The notes under the pieces were generated by a model that had not been told where the DNA came from, made no database searches, and saw only the letters and a list, made by a program, of their open reading frames with translations. From positions 12,216,001-12,280,000 of the forward strand of contig NC_087263.1 of NCBI RefSeq assembly GCF_037042905.1: a stretch of DNA of 64,000 nt. The letters are read 5' to 3'. This document shows positions 62,301 to 64,000 of this stretch, piece after piece; position 1 is the stretch's first letter; every line of letters starts with the position of its first letter. This DNA is from Lytechinus pictus. Lineage: Eukaryota. Both the position numbers and the translations under genes were made by a program.

Positions 62301-63771
62301 CCCAGGAATTGTGTTTTCTATTGTTCAGGGATGCACTGTGTACACAAAGGTTTTCAATCAATTGCTGAATAGCGATGACGAATCAGGATCATTGTTGCAT
62401 GCGCATTTGTTTCAAAACACTGATCAGTAACCAATCGGTGTAATTCTTTCATATTTGCTATCCATCTCTTACCATTACCAGTCGTTCTTAATGTCACTCT
62501 TAACTTTAATACGAACAAACTGCCCCCAGTGTTGTAAAGTCTGTCAATGTGATATTGATTTAAAGGACAAGTCCACCCCAACAAAGAGTTGATTTGAATA
62601 AAAAGAGAAAAATCCAACAAACATAACACTGAAAATTTCATCAAAATCGGATGTAAAATAAGAAAATTATGATATTATAAAGTTTTGCTTAATTTCACAA
62701 AACAGTTATATGCACATCCTGGCTGGTATGCAAATGAGGAGACTATGACGTCATCCACTCACTATTTCTTTTGTATTTTATTATATGAAATATTCCAATT
62801 TTCTCCTCATTGCCAAGTGATACAACGATTAATTCCTCCCTGAACATGTGGAATTAGCATTGTTTAATACTATATGGTTTAGTCAAGTTGGTCCTCATTG
62901 TCAAATCTATAAAAAATGAAATATTGTATAATTAAAACAATAAAAAACAATTTAAGAAATAGTGAGTGATGGACATCATCGACTGACCTAGTTGTGCATA
63001 TCAATGCTTTGTGAAAAATAAGCAAAACTTTAACATGTCATAACTTTCTTATTTTACATCCGATTTTGATTAAATTTTCAGCACTATGCTAGTTTGATTT
63101 TTCTCTATTTATTCAAGTCAGCATTTTCCTGGGGTGGACTTGACCTTTAATATTTATTATGTATAATGTAATGTGCAGGAATTATTTCAAACCATGACTT
63201 GGGATGTGTGGATGAAACTCACATAAATCAGCAATCGTGTTCATGCATATTTCACTCAGTAACATGTTCATTATCAAGCATTGGGCATTTATGTGGTTAC
63301 GTTTCATTAATATTCAAAACAGACTTCATCTCTCCTTTTATGTGATAAATGTGTTATTTCAAATTCAAGCTGTGGACATTTGCAACTTTTTAATGTTTAG
63401 CCCATTAAAATGAATGATTGATTGATGCTGATATTAAGCTGTTTAGGCACTGTATATATTCCTGTACTTGCATTTGTCTCAAGTATATGATTGTTTTTTG
63501 TGGGGGGGGGGGCTGAAGAATTTAATGTTTTCTATAAGGCATGTACCTCATTTCTTACCCCCCTTTATTTATTCCCCTCTCTCTCTCTTTTCCCTTTGAA
63601 TATTCATTAGGATGGGCGAAACCGGTTCGCCTCATTGGCCAATGCTGCTCTGGTTGACAGGTCTTTGACTAGTCCATTAGCTGGGAGGGGTAGTTTAGAG
63701 ACATGTAAAGAGGGTGAGAGTGAGAAACAGGACAGCCCGAGATTCTCAGAGGTCAACAAGAAAAAACTAAG
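15230..63771 (+). CDS. IRAG2: Spliced gene (partial, 17 exons traced) encoding an IRAG1/IRAG2 (MRVI1/LRMP/Jaw1)-family coiled-coil protein
   Basis: Exons 15230-15337, 29968-30121, 30575-31583, 32396-32479, 36239-36324, 36660-36824, 37761-37864, 38368-38514, 39072-39358, 43634-43808, 44329-44463, 47324-47421, 48046-48101, 49477-49535, 53632-53712, 60300-60359 and 63611-63771 all have AG/GT ends with matching phases and give one open frame. The core (EVEDKYNSLTFAFKTDRLTLEQRYKLQ...ASKAEGFGAVQQEDRLSRASDIMVTYVENIKR) resembles the vertebrate LRMP/MRVI1 domain as I recall it. Orthology to IRAG1 versus IRAG2 cannot be resolved; the symbol is a family label. Confidence 0.85.
15360..15850. repeat. (GAT/GGT)n microsatellite tracts
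   Basis: Directly visible; source of spurious poly-M/I/H ORFs. Confidence 0.97.
16670..17647 (+). mobile_element. Helentron-associated (HINE/DINE-1/pearl-like) element with internal tandem repeats, copy 1
   Basis: T-rich ends, subterminal IR tctcacctgcat / atgcaggtgaga, (GGC)n tract, ~160-190-bp core repeats with aggtcaaaggtca; near-identical copy at 48252-49206; decayed 3' piece ~38040-38320. Confidence 0.75.
18156..18630 (-). mobile_element. MITE family A, copy 2
   Basis: Reverse complement of 8477-8951. Confidence 0.9.
19622..25315. mobile_element. 5.7-kb non-autonomous piggyBac-like element
   Basis: TTAA|CCCTTTGCGTGCG ... CGCACGCAAAGGG|TTAA perfect 13-bp TIR; CpG-richer interior; no transposase ORF recognised. 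Confidence 0.85.
21986..22465 (-). mobile_element. MITE family A, copy 3, nested in the piggyBac-like element
   Basis: Same TIRs and body as 18156-18630. Confidence 0.9.
26283..27670 (-). mobile_element. hAT-family deletion derivative retaining a BED zinc-finger first exon (27034-26830)
   Basis: TIR CAGGGTTGTT, 8-bp TSD ccttgcat; ORF MSGRKSDPIWYFFEK...AKCKLCG...MKTHHEKC followed by AAG|GTAAAT donor. Confidence 0.9.
28085..28210 (-). mobile_element. Decayed tRNA-SINE head
   Basis: Minus-strand tggtgttgtgg (A box) and ggttcaaaac (B box-like). Confidence 0.5.
28563..29036 (-). mobile_element. LINE 3' end fragment (L2/CR1-group)
   Basis: HQHNTRS...SIYFQGP..NNL...FKRYYKLHLL C-terminus, then 3'UTR and (TTGAA)n tail. 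Confidence 0.75.
29134..29788 (-). mobile_element. 5'-truncated Penelope-like retroelement: GIY-YIG endonuclease fragment with inverted pLTR
   Basis: LPYVKGLSE...GPIYLIPC...YKGETERSLRTRFLEH...KEAIYIR..PSLNRDGG; ~70-bp inverted repeats 29168-29237 / 29719-29788; 13-bp TSD aatcattcctttc (29121-29133, 29789-29801). Confidence 0.9.
29686..29736 (+). ncRNA. Minimal hammerhead ribozyme in Penelope pLTR
   Basis: CTGACGA-A-GGTTGC(AGTTA)GCAGCC-GAAA-ATTT; imperfect stem I acatcg/cgaggt; palindromic AATT stem III. Confidence 0.7.
29968..30121 (+). CDS. IRAG-like exon (phase 0/1) DELSSDEDVPDNESIEPLLESGY...
   Basis: ttctttgacacag acceptor, G|GTAAGC donor, phase matches next exon. Confidence 0.7.
30575..31583 (+). 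CDS. IRAG-like large exon (phase 1/2), low-complexity region with multiple TQT motifs
   Basis: 1009-nt open frame inside the 349-aa ORF; tttcag acceptor, AG|GTAGGG donor. Confidence 0.85.
31837..32112 (+). mobile_element. tRNA-derived SINE
   Basis: A box tggtctagtgg; same family as 12740; (TTA)n tail. Confidence 0.85.
32396..32479 (+). CDS. IRAG-like exon (phase 2/2) DKMEETAPVCLDENSNKDIARLQPTGH
   Basis: ctttatag acceptor, GTGAGT donor, phase-consistent. Confidence 0.75.
36020..36060 (-). ncRNA. Minimal hammerhead ribozyme, U3-A8 variant, probably in a Penelope pLTR relic (~35900-36170)
   Basis: Minus strand: TCAC-TTGATAA-A-GAGTTGC(AGCG)GCACTC-GAAA-GC-TC-GTGA; stem I TCAC/GTGA, palindromic AGCT stem III. 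Confidence 0.7.
36239..36324 (+). CDS. IRAG-like exon (phase 2/1) ETLLNPEKSTMRQRRSLERERKYSGVIQ
   Basis: Pyrimidine tract + ctgtag, CAAG|GTAAAT donor. Confidence 0.8.
36660..36824 (+). CDS. IRAG-like exon (phase 1/1) SNGEMVDLTTADIDVSSISPSD...FSPAKKG
   Basis: cctttacag acceptor, G|GTTGGG donor, GC-richer coding composition. Confidence 0.8.
37031..37217. mobile_element. Penelope-type mini-insertion: pLTR fragment plus inverted copy (~71-bp hairpin)
   Basis: Arms 37030-37100 / 37114-37185; ~10-bp TSD aa(g/a)gaatcaa; same family as 51671-51779 and 49370-49440. Confidence 0.7.
37761..37864 (+). CDS. IRAG-like exon (phase 1/0) DDVVSDDTSPDSSPEPLKDDMSPSLITQEERVGAE
   Basis: Pyrimidine tract + cattag, GAG|GTGAGT donor. 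Confidence 0.85.
38368..38514 (+). CDS. IRAG-like exon (phase 0/0) GDSDPEEEKAKSRKDSDDFDVK...KIRQ
   Basis: cttgtag acceptor, CAG|GTTTGT donor, 147 nt. Confidence 0.85.
38516..38831. repeat. 158-bp tandem duplication immediately after an exon donor
   Basis: 38516-38673 and 38674-38831 nearly identical. Confidence 0.95.
39072..39358 (+). CDS. IRAG-like exon (phase 0/2) EKKTKRPVFKLHAPMPELSEEGSED...LLKALGLKKGEG
   Basis: ttttacag acceptor, GA|GTAAGT donor. Confidence 0.9.
39775..43105 (-). mobile_element. 5'-truncated LINE (L2/CR1-group RT C-terminus at 42377-43100, 3'UTR, (AAC)n tail), split by a DNA transposon and itself inserted into a small MITE (~39730-43226)
   Basis: 235-aa ORF with FLGIYID.NLKW..HV...LILPYLSYC..VWG...LQKKALR; host MITE TIR ggccccataacacaaagg / cctttgtgttacggggcc on both sides. 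Confidence 0.85.
39893..42105. mobile_element. 2.2-kb non-autonomous hAT/P-type DNA transposon
   Basis: Perfect 15-bp TIR CAACCAAAAAATTAC, 8-bp TSD atataaac, subterminal ttttcc(a/g)gggc repeats at both ends. Confidence 0.9.
43634..43808 (+). CDS. IRAG/MRVI1-domain exon KKAVLTEQEVEDKYNSLTFAFKTDRLTLEQRYKLQQHQRNVIEKNLQDEL...
   Basis: Start of the conserved LRMP/MRVI1 coiled coil; caacag acceptor, CAG|GTATT donor. Confidence 0.92.
44329..44463 (+). CDS. IRAG/MRVI1-domain exon SLERRCAEDEIARTDINKLKQHIDVIQYALVKLASKAEGFGAVQQ
   Basis: Matches the LRMP 'VASRAEMLGAINQ' segment; canonical splice sites, 135 nt. Confidence 0.92.
44944..46934. mobile_element. Kolobok-like TTAA element containing a ~1.6-kb internal palindrome
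   Basis: TTAA|AGGAGAAATATATTGA ... TCAATATAGTTCTACT|TTAA; arms ~45130-45890 and ~46010-46745 are inverted copies. Confidence 0.85.
45913..45996. other. Two adjacent palindromic micro-insertions with 8-bp TSDs (putative P-type excision footprints)
   Basis: gcttgctc[34-bp perfect palindrome]gcttgctc and tgctcgcc[39-bp hairpin]tgctcgcc. Confidence 0.8.
47324..47421 (+). CDS. IRAG/MRVI1-domain exon EDRLSRASDIMVTYVENIKRSLEKERSELTEAK
   Basis: Matches the LRMP 'ESRVSKAVEVMIQHVENLKR' segment; GTGAGT donor. Confidence 0.92.
48046..48101 (+). CDS. IRAG-like exon RVLHENKILLRGTSFASD
   Basis: ttttag acceptor, G|GTAAGT donor, phase 2/1. Confidence 0.85.
48252..49206 (+). mobile_element. HINE/DINE-1-like tandem-repeat element, copy 2
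   Basis: Near-identical to 16670-17647 with a shorter GGC tract. Confidence 0.8.
49395..49433 (-). ncRNA. Degenerate (probably inactive) minimal hammerhead of a Penelope pLTR
   Basis: CTC-CTGAAGG-C-GGCAA..TTGTT-GAAG-CG-TC-GAG followed by the gggtggtcc segment shared with the 37031 element; two core positions mutated. Confidence 0.5.
49477..49535 (+). CDS. IRAG-like exon DTDSVSRLRRSSTLTSPAMK
   Basis: tctctcag acceptor, AAG|GTAAGT donor, phase 1/0. Confidence 0.85.
50671..50688 (+). CDS. Candidate 18-nt microexon RPCGDQ
   Basis: Long pyrimidine tract with TGC just upstream of AG, GTATGT donor, phase 0/0 fits the flanking exons. Confidence 0.4.
51220..51592. mobile_element. Kolobok-like TTAA element nested in a MITE (~51067-51661)
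   Basis: TTAA flanks, imperfect 18-bp TIR; host TIR gaggtgttgcaagaaa. Confidence 0.65.
51671..51779. mobile_element. Penelope-type mini-insertion (inverted pLTR fragments)
   Basis: 14-bp TSD acctcctatagttg (51657-51670, 51780-51793); homologous to 37031-37217. Confidence 0.7.
53632..53712 (+). CDS. IRAG-like exon (phase 0/0) QSLHGIVRQKLMRKTPSISDIINESDE
   Basis: cgtcag acceptor, GAG|GTAGGC donor, 81 nt. Confidence 0.7.
53790..54083. mobile_element. MITE; reverse-oriented sibling at ~56090-56370
   Basis: TIR-like gggcc..gtcttgcaaagagtt / aatctttgtaagatgggccc. Confidence 0.7.
57215..57610. repeat. Degenerate ~62-bp tandem repeat (~6-7 units)
   Basis: Recurrent tttggtaaaatggctttccat motif. 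Confidence 0.8.
58515..59096. mobile_element. Kolobok-like TTAA MITE with long inverted arms
   Basis: TTAA|AGGAGAATGAAAC ... GTTTCATTCTCCT|TTAA. Confidence 0.85.
59797..59952. mobile_element. Small MITE
   Basis: ~29-bp TIR taatacctcgatcacatttgctctacggc. Confidence 0.75.
60228..60247. other. 20-bp perfect palindrome with 7-bp TSD (putative excision footprint)
   Basis: ttctgac[catggacctataggtccatg]ttctgac. Confidence 0.75.
60300..60359 (+). CDS. IRAG-like exon SKRRASVAAVLGFGTSAGAS (PKG/PKA-type site)
   Basis: Strong pyrimidine tract, GTGAGT donor; RRASV resembles IRAG1 RRRVSVAV. Confidence 0.85.
60527..60801. mobile_element. PIF/Harbinger-like MITE
   Basis: TAA TSD; TIR aggcctggtcccactg / cagtgggaccaagcct. 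Confidence 0.75.
62564..63146. mobile_element. Kolobok-like TTAA MITE
   Basis: TTAA|AGGACAAGTCCACCCCA ... TGGGGTGGACTTGACCT|TTAA. Confidence 0.85.
63611..63771 (+). CDS. IRAG-like exon DGRNRFASLANAALVDRSL...SEVNKKKL
   Basis: Pyrimidine tract + cattag, AG|GTAAAG donor, phase 0/2; gene continues beyond the window. Confidence 0.85.
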
Positions 63772-63789
63772 GTAAAGATATCTATTTTT

Positions 63790-64000
63790 TATCATCACTA
63801 CCATTTCATCATCATCATCATCATAGTCATCATCATCATCCTTGTCATCACCACTAACAAAGTTTTTATTTTCACTACCATCTTCATTATCATCGTCATA
63901 GTTATCATCAACATCGCCACCACCACCATTATCATCATCATCTTCTTCATCATCATCGTCATCACCACCATCAGCATTTTTCATCACTGCCATTTTCATT
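63790..64000. repeat. (CAT)n-rich microsatellite
   Basis: Directly visible; a similar tract lies at ~47020-47135. Confidence 0.9.

Noticed and set aside
63607..63999. 130-aa acidic minus-strand ORF
   Set aside because: Antisense of a real exon plus a (CAT)n repeat

Overview
AT-rich, repeat-dense metazoan genomic DNA. The repeat types suggest a marine invertebrate deuterostome such as a sea urchin (inference). Most of the window is the middle of one plus-strand spliced gene of the IRAG1/IRAG2 (MRVI1/LRMP-Jaw1) family. I traced 17 phase-consistent GT-AG exons from 15230 to 63771 (2969 nt, about 989 codons); the start and stop codons were not found and the 3' end runs past the window. The protein has the IRAG coiled-coil, an RRASV kinase site and a large exon with about six TQT-type (LC8/dynein light chain) motifs. 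The introns hold many transposon relics: piggyBac-like, hAT/BED, Kolobok-like TTAA elements, Harbinger-like MITEs, Helentron/HINE-like tandem-repeat elements, tRNA-SINEs, LINE 3' ends and Penelope-like pieces with minimal hammerhead ribozymes. There is also a histone H4 relic. The most striking signals are tiny CA...TG palindromes with 7-8 bp target duplications that resemble P-element 17+17 nt excision footprints (two at the hub of a ~1.6 kb palindrome), hammerhead-bounded Penelope mini-insertions, a templated 70-bp patch inside a MITE, and exons flanked by decayed copies of themselves.
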